Numbered from the stretch's first letter, positions 19,615 through 28,996 are shown. The stretch: DNA of 50,519 nt from Elusimicrobiales bacterium (GCA_036171915.1 JAVHRY010000039.1:1-50519), one strand, 5' to 3'. The notes: a model not told the origin generated them from the letters alone. Made by a program: numbers and translations.

Positions 19615-19849
19615 AGAGCCTAAAGACCTAGCCCATACTAGGCCGAAAGACCTACACGGCACCGGATCATGGCAGTAAAACAAAAAGGCCGGCTCGATCC
19701 AGACATTAAGGAACAAGAAGGTCCGGGAAACTTTTTATATTTATGCCCGGTTCCAGGCTCTCGCCCGCTGCCGGTTATTCCGGCCTATGTACCTATATTT
19801 TACCGGGCCTCTTAGCCCTAAAACCGAAAGCCTTAGTACCCTTGGACCA
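19615..19849. promoter_or_regulatory. Cluster of TAGG-N8-CCTA-like operator boxes between divergent genes
   Basis: agagcctaaagaccta 19615, taggccgaaagaccta 19639, ccggcctatgtaccta 19780, gggcctcttagcccta 19805, tagtacccttggacca 19834. Confidence 0.5.
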
Positions 19850-19908
19850 AGCCCTTCGCCATGGTATAAAATACAGACGAAAAAAGCCGGTGACTTCAGG
19901 AGAGGTAA

Positions 19909-20802
19909 ATGAAAAATATAGTTAAGGCAGCGGCAGCGGGCCTTCTGTACTTCGGTTTTGTTTCAACTCTCGCAGCGGCAGGGAACACGGTTCTCGGGGC
20001 GGCCGGCTTCGACGCGGAGGCTGTCGCGGTCCCGGCGGCGCCCGCCCCGGCGGCGGTCAACCCTGTGGTTGTCCCCGATATTTTCGGCTGCCTTGGTTAC
20101 GGAAAAAGCGCCCGGGCAGAAGTTATCTACGGCGAAAAAGGCCTGAAGGCCGCGCTGGCCGCTCCCATAACGTCCATTAACCTGGAAGAGATAAAAGGCG
20201 CCTATCTCAGGACGGCCGTCAATTTCACCACCGGCGCCGGCACCAAGGTGTCTGTGAGTTCCTATAAAGCCTCCAACTGCCCCGACGGCGGCAGTTCCTG
20301 CGCCACTAAAGACAAGATCTTCCTGGTGCTTACCACGGACAAGGGCGCGAGCTATTTTGTTAAGGGTATAGATATCGTCAACTTCGGGATCTTCATGCAT
20401 GGCTCGAAAACGGTAGCCATAGACGGAGAAAACTACGTTTTAAAGGCTTACGCCAACGTCTCTTCCCCGGATAACAGTAAACTGGAAATCAAAGGGCCCC
20501 GCGGCACGGTTGTAAATTCCAGCCTGATTCAGGTGGCTGACGCGCAGGCGCGCAGGGGCGTGGACGTAGCGCTCTCCAAGCCCTATAAACTTCTTTACGG
20601 CAACGAAATACTGCAGGGTCCACAGGGCGTAAGATTTGGCCCCGGGCTGCAGGTGGTACTGGCGCAGTACCCGGTTACGGATAAGTCCGATACCCAGATA
20701 TTTAACATCTCCGAGGTTAATCCGGCGGGCGTAAGCTTCCCTTTCGAAAGCGGCTACAGCTTTAAGCTGGAAGGCGGCTTTATAGGGATATACAAGATAT
20801 AA
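19909..20802 (+). CDS. Hypothetical secreted protein
   Basis: AGGAGAGG RBS; signal peptide followed by Ala/Pro-rich VPAAPAPAAV segment; 297 aa. Confidence 0.75.
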   Translation: MKNIVKAAAAGLLYFGFVSTLAAAGNTVLGAAGFDAEAVAVPAAPAPAAVNPVVVPDIFGCLGYGKSARAEVIYGEKGLKAALAAPITSINLEEIKGAYLRTAVNFTTGAGTKVSVSSYKASNCPDGGSSCATKDKIFLVLTTDKGASYFVKGIDIVNFGIFMHGSKTVAIDGENYVLKAYANVSSPDNSKLEIKGPRGTVVNSSLIQVADAQARRGVDVALSKPYKLLYGNEILQGPQGVRFGPGLQVVLAQYPVTDKSDTQIFNISEVNPAGVSFPFESGYSFKLEGGFIGIYKI

Positions 20803-20810
20803 GCGGCCGT

Positions 20811-22187
20811 TCAGCAGCCGGCCTTTCTGTAAAGGCGGGCGGCGGCGATGTTAGCGCGTTCGGCCAGCTTGAACTCGTCCACGTTGACAAGGCGGCCGTT
20901 TTTAACGACCACCTTGCCGTTCACTACGGTGTATTTCGTCCGGTGCGTGGCTCCGCAGAAAAGCAGCGAGGCCAGCGGGTCGGACTTGGAGCCGACAAAA
21001 TCCAGACCGCTCACATCGAAGATAGCGATATCCGCGGCTTTGCCCGGTTCTATGGAGCCGATATCCGCCCGGCCCAGCACCGCCGCCCCGCCTAGGGTGG
21101 CCAGCCTGAAAGCGTCGCGCGCCGGCATGGCGTCCACTCCGGCCCTCACGCGCTGGACAAGCATGGCCTGGCGTATTTCCCCCAGCATGTCGGAAGAATC
21201 GTTGGAAGCCGAGCCGTCCACGGCTATGCCGACAGGGACCTTGTGCTTCATGAACATCCGCACAGGCGCTATGCCGGAACCCAGGCGCAGGTTGGAGCAG
21301 GGGCAGTGGGCCACGCCCGTATGGGTCCGGCCCATCTTTTCAGCTTCGGCTTCGTTGATGTAAACGCAGTGGGCGAACCAGGCGTTGCCTTCGGTAACCC
21401 AGCCCACTGATTCCATGTATTCAAGCGGGCGCATCTTAAAAAGTTTTTTGCAGAAGGCTTCCTCGTCGATAGTCTCGGCCAGGTGGGTATGCATGCGCAC
21501 GCCCCATTTCCTGGCCATTACCGCCGTGAGCTTCAGGAGTTCGGTGGTAACGGAGAAAGGCGAGCAAGGCGCCAGCGCTATGCGCGTCATGGCGAAGTCG
21601 TTCGCGTCGTGGTACTTATGCACCAGGCGTTCGCAGTCCTTCATAATGAAATCTTCGGTCTGCACCACGCTGTCCGGCGGCAGCCCGCCCTTGGAGCGGC
21701 CGCGCGACATAGAGCCGCGCGTCGGGTGGAAGCGCATGCCGAGTTCGCGGGCGGCTTCTATCTGGGTGTCTATGAAGAAACCGCTGTCAGCCTTCGGGAA
21801 CAGGTACAGGTGGTCGGTGCTGGTGGTACAGCCGGTCAGCAGCAGCTCGCCCAGGCCGGCCTGCGTGCTGGCGTACACCGCCTCGGGGTTGATGTGCTTC
21901 CAGATATCGTAAAGGTAGATCAGCCAGTCGAAAAGTTTGGAGTCCTGCGCCTTGGGGAGATTGCGGGTAAGAGTCTGGTAAAGGTGGTGGTGGGTGTTCA
22001 CAAAACCGGGCAGCACCACGCAGCCCTTGGCGTCAATGACTTTATCGGCCCTCACTTTCAGGTTTTTCCCTACCTTCTTTATTTCGGGGCCTTCGATGTA
22101 GACTTCGCCGCCGTTTATCTCGCGGCCTTTCCCGTCCATCGTGGCCAGTACCAGCGCGTTCTTTATCAAAAGGGATCCGGGTTTCAT
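20811..22187 (-). CDS. 8-oxoguanine deaminase-like amidohydrolase
   Basis: PGFVNTHHHLYQTLTR, APCSPFSV, HTHLAE, AHC, CPCSNLRLGSG, VDGSASND. Confidence 0.88.
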   Translation of the reverse strand: MKPGSLLIKNALVLATMDGKGREINGGEVYIEGPEIKKVGKNLKVRADKVIDAKGCVVLPGFVNTHHHLYQTLTRNLPKAQDSKLFDWLIYLYDIWKHINPEAVYASTQAGLGELLLTGCTTSTDHLYLFPKADSGFFIDTQIEAARELGMRFHPTRGSMSRGRSKGGLPPDSVVQTEDFIMKDCERLVHKYHDANDFAMTRIALAPCSPFSVTTELLKLTAVMARKWGVRMHTHLAETIDEEAFCKKLFKMRPLEYMESVGWVTEGNAWFAHCVYINEAEAEKMGRTHTGVAHCPCSNLRLGSGIAPVRMFMKHKVPVGIAVDGSASNDSSDMLGEIRQAMLVQRVRAGVDAMPARDAFRLATLGGAAVLGRADIGSIEPGKAADIAIFDVSGLDFVGSKSDPLASLLFCGATHRTKYTVVNGKVVVKNGRLVNVDEFKLAERANIAAARLYRKAGC

Positions 22188-22287
22188 AATAGTCTCCAGC
22201 GATATATTATAGTAAAATTGAATTATCGGTCACCTCGCATTAAACCGGGGAAAACGGCCGCTTCCGCTATTATTGTAAAATATAGTT

Positions 22288-23253
22288 ATGCTCAGGCCTG
22301 CCGGACAAAATAATAAGTTTAAAAAACTCACGCTGGCCCGCCCCCTCGGAAACCTGTCCGAGCTCAGGACTAAAGACCCTTTTATTTCGGACCTGGCCGC
22401 GCTTCTTACAGGGGTAAAGCCGGTAATTTATATCGATTACGGCGGGGCGGACTGGAACTATATAAAAAAAATAGCTGCGGCGCTTAAGCTGCGGTATGTT
22501 TTCCCCGGCGAGCTTCACCCGGGCGCCGGCAATTACCATCTAAGGAGCAAGCGTAAATTCCTGCTGCTTGGAAGAAGCGAGAAAGCGCTGGCAAAAGCCG
22601 CCGCCGCCTGGCGCGAATCGGTGCTGGGCCTGGACTGGGGAAGCGCCCTGGGCTACCCCGACTGCTGCGTGCGGGCCTATTTGAAGTGGAAAATGACCGC
22701 CGCGCCGGGCGGGCCTGACCTGGTGGAGACGGAATATTATGGCACGCCGGAAGCGCGCGCCATAGATTTCAGGCTCAATAATGTTTATAATTTTTTCTCC
22801 CGGGTTACGGAGGACCCGCGGGACAGGGAGAATTACCGTCTGCTAAACGCCGTAAATACGGAGGTAGACCTCCCCGCCCTCAATATCATAAGCTGGCATC
22901 CCTGTTCTTACGGCTGCGCGGCCAGCCTGAAGGCCGGCCGCGAAGTGTTCAGTTTTATGTCTCATTATATGCCGGCCTATGCGGACCATCTGAAAGGGAT
23001 TCTTTCAAAACCGGTGCTCTTCCTCGGGAAATATTTTTTTCTGACTTTCACCGGCCAGGCGCGCAAGGGCCGGATAGACTATAAAGGGATCTGCAGTCCC
23101 CGCTCCCTGATGAGCAAGGAGCAGATCATGACCGCGGTTAACGCCTCCGTGCCTTGCGGGACCAGCCTGAGGCTGGAGATAAAAAAGGCGCAAACACTTT
23201 ACCCCGGCTTCAAGCCTTTCCTGCTGAATTTTGCGGACAAAAACGCTGAATAA
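22288..23253 (+). CDS. Hypothetical protein, DUF483-like (LGYPxCC and HxPCSxxC-type motifs)
   Basis: 321-aa ORF with GSALGYPDCC and WHPCSYGC motifs; TAAAAT 6 nt before the ATG and no RBS. Confidence 0.6.
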   Translation: MLRPAGQNNKFKKLTLARPLGNLSELRTKDPFISDLAALLTGVKPVIYIDYGGADWNYIKKIAAALKLRYVFPGELHPGAGNYHLRSKRKFLLLGRSEKALAKAAAAWRESVLGLDWGSALGYPDCCVRAYLKWKMTAAPGGPDLVETEYYGTPEARAIDFRLNNVYNFFSRVTEDPRDRENYRLLNAVNTEVDLPALNIISWHPCSYGCAASLKAGREVFSFMSHYMPAYADHLKGILSKPVLFLGKYFFLTFTGQARKGRIDYKGICSPRSLMSKEQIMTAVNASVPCGTSLRLEIKKAQTLYPGFKPFLLNFADKNAE

Positions 23254-23269
23254 CCGTGCTGGAGAAACC

Positions 23270-25828
23270 ATGAAGAACAAGATCACCTTTCTAACCGACG
23301 CCCAGCTTAAGGCCGAGGCGGAACGCTGCCTTTACTGCGAAGAGAAGCCCTGCAAAACGGCCTGCCCCGCGGACTGTTCCCCGGCGGACTTCCTGATGGC
23401 GGCGCGGCAGATGGGCAAATCCGACATAAAACGGTCGGCCGCCCTGATCATGGGGCACAACACCTTCGGCGGCGTTTGCGGCGCGGTCTGCCCCGACTGG
23501 TTCTGCGTAAAAGCCTGCTCCCGCAAACTTTTCGACAACCCCATCAACATCCCGGCCGCCCAGGCGGCCATAGTGCAGAAAGCCAAGGAACTCGGCGTGA
23601 TGCCCAAGTTTAAAAAGGCCAGGCCCAACGGCAAAAAAGCCGCCGTCGTCGGCGCTGGCCCCGCCGGCTTAGCCGCCGCCGGCACGCTGGCGCAGCTGGG
23701 CTACAAAGTGGACGTGTTCGAGAAGGCCAAGAAGGCCGGAGGGGCGTCAAGCCTTATCCCTGAAAAACGCTTTCCCAAGGAAGTCCTGCGCACCGAAGTA
23801 GAATGGGTCAAGACCCTCGGAGACATTTCCATAAAGACCGGCTCCGCGGTAAAAGACCCGGCCGCGCTGCTGAAGAAGTACGGCGCGGTCATCGTGACCG
23901 CCGGCGTGGCGGAGCAGATCAAGCTGAACATCCCCAACGAGAACCTGGGCGTGGAAGGCCTGGAGTTCCTGGCGAACGTAAAGAAATATCCTCTTAAGGG
24001 AAAGAACGTGGCCGTGATAGGCGGCGGCGCCGTGGCGGCCGACTGCGCCGTGATAGCGCTGGAAGCCGGCGCGCACAAAGCCGAGATCTTCACCCGCAAG
24101 AACATCGGCCATATCCAGCTGCCCGCTAAGGAACTCCGCGACATCCTCAATTCCGGCATCAACATCAACGCCAAGTCCCGCATCACCGGCATCCTGGCCG
24201 AGGGCAAAAAGATAAAGGGCATCACCGTGGCCCGCCTCGACGATAAAGCCAACGACATAAAAGGCTCCTGCCAGGTCCGCTCGGACATAGACTTCGTCAT
24301 CCTGGCCATCAAGAACATCCCGGTCTTCAAGGATACCAAGACCAAGGGCGTTTTCCTCGCCGGGGACTGCCGCAACGGCGCCTCTACCGTAGTGGAATCC
24401 GTGGCCTCGGCCAAGAACGCCGCCCTGTCCGCGCACGCTTACATGGGCGGCAAGGGGCCGCGCGCCGAGCTTTTCCCGGACACCGTCAGCGCCTACGAGC
24501 GGGCGATCATCGACGGCGAACACACTTATACCCAGAAAGTCTGCGGCCTGACCGACGCCTGGTCCACCGACAAGAAGAGCGCCGTCATCCTGAAAGGCAG
24601 GAGCATGCTGCCGGTAGACCTCACCACCGACTTCTTCGGCCGCAAGCTGAGCTCCCCCTTCATCATCTCGGCCTCCCCCCACTCGGACGGCTACGCGCAG
24701 GTGAAGAAAGCCTACGAGGCCGGCTGGCCCGGCGTGGTGATGAAGACCGCCTTCGACGGCCTGGACATCCACATCCCGGCCGAATACATGGTTACTTTCG
24801 ACCAGAACACCTACGGCAATTCCGACAACGTTTCCGGCCATGCGCTGGACCGCGTCTGCAAAGAAGTGGCGAAGCTGGTTAAGGAATACCCGGACCGCCT
24901 GACCGCGGCCTCCACCGGCGGCCCGGTGACCGGCAACGACGAGTTCGACAAGAAGGGCTGGCAGAGCAATACTCTGAAGCTCGAGAAGGCCGGCGCGATG
25001 GCCATCGAGTACTCGCTGTCCTGCCCGCAGGGCGGCGACGGCACCAAAGGCGATATCGTCTCGCAGGACCCGGAGCTCGCGGCCAAGATCATCGGCTGGG
25101 TGATGGAAGTCTCCAACCCCGAGATCCCGAAGCTCTTCAAGCTGACCGGCGCGGTTACCGCCATCTGGCAGGTGGTCTACGCCATCAAGCAGGTTTACGA
25201 CAAATACCCCGATAAGAAAGCCGGCATCACGCTGGCCAACTCTTTCCCGGCGCTGGCCTTCCGCGAGCGCCTCTCCGGCAAGGGCGACTGGGAAGAGGGC
25301 ATGATAGTCGGGATGAGCGGCGAGGGCGTGGCCCCCATCAGCAACCTGACCATTTCCAAGGCCGTGAACCTGGGCGTGCCTATCTCCGGCAACGGCGGGC
25401 CGATGGACTACAAGGCCGCGGCGCATTTCCTGGCGCTGGGAGCCAAGTCCGTGCAGTTCTGCACCATCGTGATGAAGTACGGCTACGGCATCATCGACGA
25501 GCTGAACTGGGGCTTGAGCCACATACTCGAAGAGAAGGGCTACAAGTCGGTGGAGCAGTTCATCGGCTGCGCGCTGCCTAACCCGGTGACGGGCTTCATG
25601 GAACTGACGCCGGTGAAGGGCATTCCCTCCGTGGACGCGGAACTGTGCCGCCATTGCGGCAACTGCGAGCGCTGCGGCTACCTGGCTGTTAAGCTGGACG
25701 GCAACAAGGTGCCCGCGTTCGACGCTTCGAAGTGCGTGGGCTGCTCGCTCTGCGCGAAGAAGTGCTTCGCCGGGGCCATCAAGATGCGCAAGCGCACCCC
25801 CGCCGAACTTAAAGCCTGCCCGGAATAA
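23270..25828 (+). CDS. Single-chain dihydropyrimidine dehydrogenase-like flavo-FeS oxidoreductase (PreT-PreA fusion)
   Basis: N-terminal CLYC..PCKTACP/VCP..C..AC FeS clusters, GAGPAG FAD site, GGGAVAAD NAD(P) site, FMN barrel with LSCP, C-terminal 2x[4Fe-4S] (CRHCGNC, CVGCSLC); start ATG 23270 with GGAG RBS. Confidence 0.85.
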   Translation: MKNKITFLTDAQLKAEAERCLYCEEKPCKTACPADCSPADFLMAARQMGKSDIKRSAALIMGHNTFGGVCGAVCPDWFCVKACSRKLFDNPINIPAAQAAIVQKAKELGVMPKFKKARPNGKKAAVVGAGPAGLAAAGTLAQLGYKVDVFEKAKKAGGASSLIPEKRFPKEVLRTEVEWVKTLGDISIKTGSAVKDPAALLKKYGAVIVTAGVAEQIKLNIPNENLGVEGLEFLANVKKYPLKGKNVAVIGGGAVAADCAVIALEAGAHKAEIFTRKNIGHIQLPAKELRDILNSGININAKSRITGILAEGKKIKGITVARLDDKANDIKGSCQVRSDIDFVILAIKNIPVFKDTKTKGVFLAGDCRNGASTVVESVASAKNAALSAHAYMGGKGPRAELFPDTVSAYERAIIDGEHTYTQKVCGLTDAWSTDKKSAVILKGRSMLPVDLTTDFFGRKLSSPFIISASPHSDGYAQVKKAYEAGWPGVVMKTAFDGLDIHIPAEYMVTFDQNTYGNSDNVSGHALDRVCKEVAKLVKEYPDRLTAASTGGPVTGNDEFDKKGWQSNTLKLEKAGAMAIEYSLSCPQGGDGTKGDIVSQDPELAAKIIGWVMEVSNPEIPKLFKLTGAVTAIWQVVYAIKQVYDKYPDKKAGITLANSFPALAFRERLSGKGDWEEGMIVGMSGEGVAPISNLTISKAVNLGVPISGNGGPMDYKAAAHFLALGAKSVQFCTIVMKYGYGIIDELNWGLSHILEEKGYKSVEQFIGCALPNPVTGFMELTPVKGIPSVDAELCRHCGNCERCGYLAVKLDGNKVPAFDASKCVGCSLCAKKCFAGAIKMRKRTPAELKACPE

Positions 25829-25832
25829 AGCT

Positions 25833-27161
25833 ATGACGAAAAAGACCATATTTATAAAGAACGCCATTATCGCCACGCTGGGCGATAAGAACAAGGTCCT
25901 GACGGGTTACGCCCTGCTGATAGAGGACGGCCTGATCAAGAAGCTCGCCCCGCAGAAGAATTTCAAGGGCAAATACTCCAAGGTTATCGATGCCTCCGGC
26001 AAGCTGGTGATGCCGGGCTTTATAAACGCCCATATGCATTTCTACAGCACGTTCGCGCGCGGGCTGGGCAAAGCGGCCCCGTCCAGGAGCTTCATTGAGA
26101 TATTGAACAATCTCTGGTGGCGGCTGGACAAGAAGCTGACCAACACCGACTCCTACTACAGTGCGGTGATCCCCCTTATCAACGCCATTCGCAAAGGCAC
26201 CACCACCATAATAGACCACCACGCGAGCCCCTTCGCCATTACCGGTTCGCTGGACGCGGTGGAGAAGGCCGCGCGGGAAACCGGCATTCGCGCCTGCCTT
26301 TGCTACGAAGTGTCTGACCGCGACGGCAAGGAAAAGGCTAAAGAGGGACTGGAAGAAAACTCGGCTTTCATAGCGCGCTGCGCCGCTAAAGACGACAATA
26401 TGGTAAAGGGCATGTTCGGCCTGCACGCCTCTTTTACTATTTCGGACGAAACGCTGGAAGAGGCGGCCTACCGCGGCCACAAGCTGGGCGCGGGCTTCCA
26501 CGTGCACACGGCGGAATCCCAGGCGGACCAGCTGCAGTGCGAGTCCCACCACAAGCTGCGCGTGGTGGAGCGCCTGCGCGATTACGGCATACTCGGGCGC
26601 AAGTCCATAGCCGCGCACTGCGTGCACGTGGACCAGAAAGAAACGGAGATCTTAAAAGAAACAGGCACCGCCGTAGTGCACAACCCGCAGTCCAACGCCA
26701 ATAACTCCGTGGGTATCGCGGATATTACGGGGATGATGGCTAAGGGGATTCTTGTGGGTCTTGGTACGGACGCGATGACGGTGAACATGCTGGAGGAAGT
26801 GCGCGTGGCGCTGTGGCTGCAGCACCTCAAGCGCGATCCCTCACAGGGCTTTATGGAGGCGGCGCAGGCGCTGCTGGTGAACAACTCTAAAATAGCCAAC
26901 CGTTATTTCAAGGGCTTAGGCGAGCTGAAGGAAGGCTGGGCTGCGGACCTGGCGATAATAGACTATATTCCCCCCACGCCCATGGACGCCGGCAACTTCT
27001 ATGGCCACCTTATATTCGGCATCTCCCAGAGCACGGTGGACACCACCATAGCCGCCGGCAGGATCCTTATGGAAGGCAAGAAGCTAAAGCTGGACCTGGA
27101 CGAGGCGGAAGTATCGCGCAAATCCGCCGAACTCGCCAAGAAGCTGTGGAACAGGTTTTAA
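25833..27161 (+). CDS. ssnA: Putative aminohydrolase SsnA
   Basis: PGFINAHMHFYSTFARG, LWWRLD, IDHHASP, CYEVSDRDG, FGLHASFT, HNPQSNANNSVG, LGTDA. Confidence 0.88.
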   Translation: MTKKTIFIKNAIIATLGDKNKVLTGYALLIEDGLIKKLAPQKNFKGKYSKVIDASGKLVMPGFINAHMHFYSTFARGLGKAAPSRSFIEILNNLWWRLDKKLTNTDSYYSAVIPLINAIRKGTTTIIDHHASPFAITGSLDAVEKAARETGIRACLCYEVSDRDGKEKAKEGLEENSAFIARCAAKDDNMVKGMFGLHASFTISDETLEEAAYRGHKLGAGFHVHTAESQADQLQCESHHKLRVVERLRDYGILGRKSIAAHCVHVDQKETEILKETGTAVVHNPQSNANNSVGIADITGMMAKGILVGLGTDAMTVNMLEEVRVALWLQHLKRDPSQGFMEAAQALLVNNSKIANRYFKGLGELKEGWAADLAIIDYIPPTPMDAGNFYGHLIFGISQSTVDTTIAAGRILMEGKKLKLDLDEAEVSRKSAELAKKLWNRF

Positions 27162-27344
27162 GAGTTGTAAGATCCGGCTCCGACCCGGGAAAAGCCTTCA
27201 GTTCCGGGGACAAAGCGCTCAGCCGGCGTACCCGCGGGCCGGTGGAGAGCCGCTAAAGCGGGGGAAGGCGGCAGCAGGCTCCTGGACAGATCCGCGCCTG
27301 ATATTTGTTAAACTACAGACAGAGCCCCGTTCAAAAGGAGTATT

Positions 27345-27722
27345 ATGCGCATATTAGTAGCTGAAGACGATGAGATGCTCCGCGCGTTCCTGGTGGATTT
27401 TCTGACCGGCCTTGACCATGAAGTAAAGAGCGTGGCCAACGGCGCGGAACTGATAAAACTGGCGATGGCCGAGCGGCCGGACCTGGTCATAACGGATCTG
27501 AATATGCCGGAGATGGCGGGGGATTCGATGATAGCCATGATAGACATGTATCCCGGCCTGGCCGGCCTGCCGATCATCATCATTTCCGGCGCCTCGGACG
27601 AGGCCAAGGAAAACATGGGGATCCCGGAAGGAATACCTATACTGGACAAACCGTTCGATTTCGACAAACTCAAAGCCGAACTGGCCAAAGTGGCCGCGAA
27701 GCTCCCACAATCCCCGAAATAA
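27345..27722 (+). CDS. Single-domain response regulator (CheY-like receiver)
   Basis: ILVAEDD, PDLVITDLNMPEM (phospho-Asp), IISG, LDKPF; AGGAG RBS. Confidence 0.92.
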   Translation: MRILVAEDDEMLRAFLVDFLTGLDHEVKSVANGAELIKLAMAERPDLVITDLNMPEMAGDSMIAMIDMYPGLAGLPIIIISGASDEAKENMGIPEGIPILDKPFDFDKLKAELAKVAAKLPQSPK

Positions 27723-27828
27723 AGAAGAACGAAAAAGAGGTCAGGTCTTTACTTCCGGCCTTTCGCGTTCCAACACCCCGCTTGCGCCGGCTTGTTCCGG
27801 CTGATTTTTTTATCCGGGAAGCAGCTGC

Positions 27829-27999
27829 CTAGGAGCCTGTCCGGCGTAAGGCTTTCATGACGAAATTGCCGATTTTGTAGCCGAGTCGCAGCGGCGCGGA
27901 ACTAGCGCCCTCGACGGAGGTTGTAAGTCGAGCGTCACTAAGGCGCAGGACAAAAGCGGCAGTTGCAGGCGAAATTGCTTATGTCGGACAGGCTCCTAG
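27829..27999. mobile_element. MITE family A, copy 1 (171 bp including both CTAG ends)
   Basis: Terminal inverted repeats CTAGGAGCCTGTCCG(G)C(G)TAAG / CTTATGTCGGACAGGCTCCTAG; same length as and ~92% identical to 46139-46309; no ORF. Confidence 0.9.
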
Positions 28000-28994
28000 A
28001 ACGTCTGCGTCACTTTATTAAGGCCCTTGGGGTTGTCGGGGTTGAGGCCTTTTGAGAGGGCCAGGCGCAGGGCCAGTTTTTTCATGCGGATGTCCACCGG
28101 GACGCAGTTGAAAGGGAACTTCAGACGGCCGGGGCGGACTACCTCGTACGGGGTGCCGCGCTCGTCCAGGGCTTTTTTCACTTTCAAGATATCTTCGTGC
28201 AGTTTATCCGAGGGAGTGAAGAGGAAAACAAGGTCCCCGGAAGTATAGGCCCCGACGGGGCCGTGCAGGAACTCGGCGGCGGAATAGCCGAGGGCGTGGG
28301 ACTTGGCCATCTCGCGGAACTTCAGGGCGGAATCCTCGGCCACGGCGTTGTAAGGCCCGCGCCCTACGAAACCCAGCATAGGGGCTTTCTTTATTTTCTT
28401 AAGCAGTTCTTCCCCGCCGTAATCTTCCTCCACGGCCCGGCGGGCCTCCGCTAAAGTATCCTCGAAAGATTCAGGGTTGAACGCCCGGCTCCAGACCTGC
28501 GCCGTCCACAGCACGGCCCAGAGCTGCAGTTCAAAGCTTTTGGTGGCCGCCACCGGCAATTCTTTTGAACGGGAAAGGAGTATATGCCGCCCGGCCAGGC
28601 GCGCCAGGGGGTTGTTCTTCAGGTCCGGTTCGTTGGTAACGGCCACGCCGCGGGCGCCCCATTTCACAAGCCTGGCCAGGCAGGCTACGATGTCGCTGCT
28701 GCGCCCGGACTGGGAGAAAGCCCAGACGGCCTGCCCTTTAAAATTAAGGGGTTTACCGGCCTCAAAGATGGAATGCGGGTGTATAAAGTTGGTGATAGTG
28801 CCGCAATAGCCTTCCCAGATATACTTGGCGAACAGCGTGGCGGTGCCGGAAGAGCCGCGTCCCACAAGGTAAACCACCTTGTCTTTTGAGCGCAGCGCCA
28901 GTTTTTCAAGCTCTCCGGAGCGCTCCGAGAATTTTTCCAGCAGGGCGGGTATCTCGGCTATGTCGCCGTAAGTAAGGGTGTCTTTAATGTTCAT
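27996..28994 (-). CDS. SIS-domain sugar-phosphate isomerase/deaminase (GlmS C-terminal-like)
   Basis: VGRGSS, FSQSGRS, VAATKS, ALKFRE, AEFLHGP, NPDNPKGLNKVTQT; no glutaminase domain. Confidence 0.85.
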   Translation of the reverse strand: MNIKDTLTYGDIAEIPALLEKFSERSGELEKLALRSKDKVVYLVGRGSSGTATLFAKYIWEGYCGTITNFIHPHSIFEAGKPLNFKGQAVWAFSQSGRSSDIVACLARLVKWGARGVAVTNEPDLKNNPLARLAGRHILLSRSKELPVAATKSFELQLWAVLWTAQVWSRAFNPESFEDTLAEARRAVEEDYGGEELLKKIKKAPMLGFVGRGPYNAVAEDSALKFREMAKSHALGYSAAEFLHGPVGAYTSGDLVFLFTPSDKLHEDILKVKKALDERGTPYEVVRPGRLKFPFNCVPVDIRMKKLALRLALSKGLNPDNPKGLNKVTQTF

Positions 28995-28996
28995 GA

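Noticed and set aside
19522-19716. N-terminal extensions given in the ORF track (also 10326-10397, 42542-42601, 44284-44397, 48240-48413, 38367-38459)
   Set aside because: Downstream ATGs give family-typical N-termini, most with a clear RBS or coupling to the upstream stop; the extensions overlap other genes or regulatory DNA.
23747-25894. 715-aa antisense ORF, and similar ones at 35991-37718, 44573-45871, 2951-3976, 13672-14697 and 14931-15926
   Set aside because: They lie opposite well-supported genes and have no recognisable motifs; they are expected shadow ORFs in GC-rich DNA.
27736-27753. gaggtcaggtctttactt resembling a RAYT-associated REP
   Set aside because: One degenerate half-site with no inverted partner or second copy in the window.
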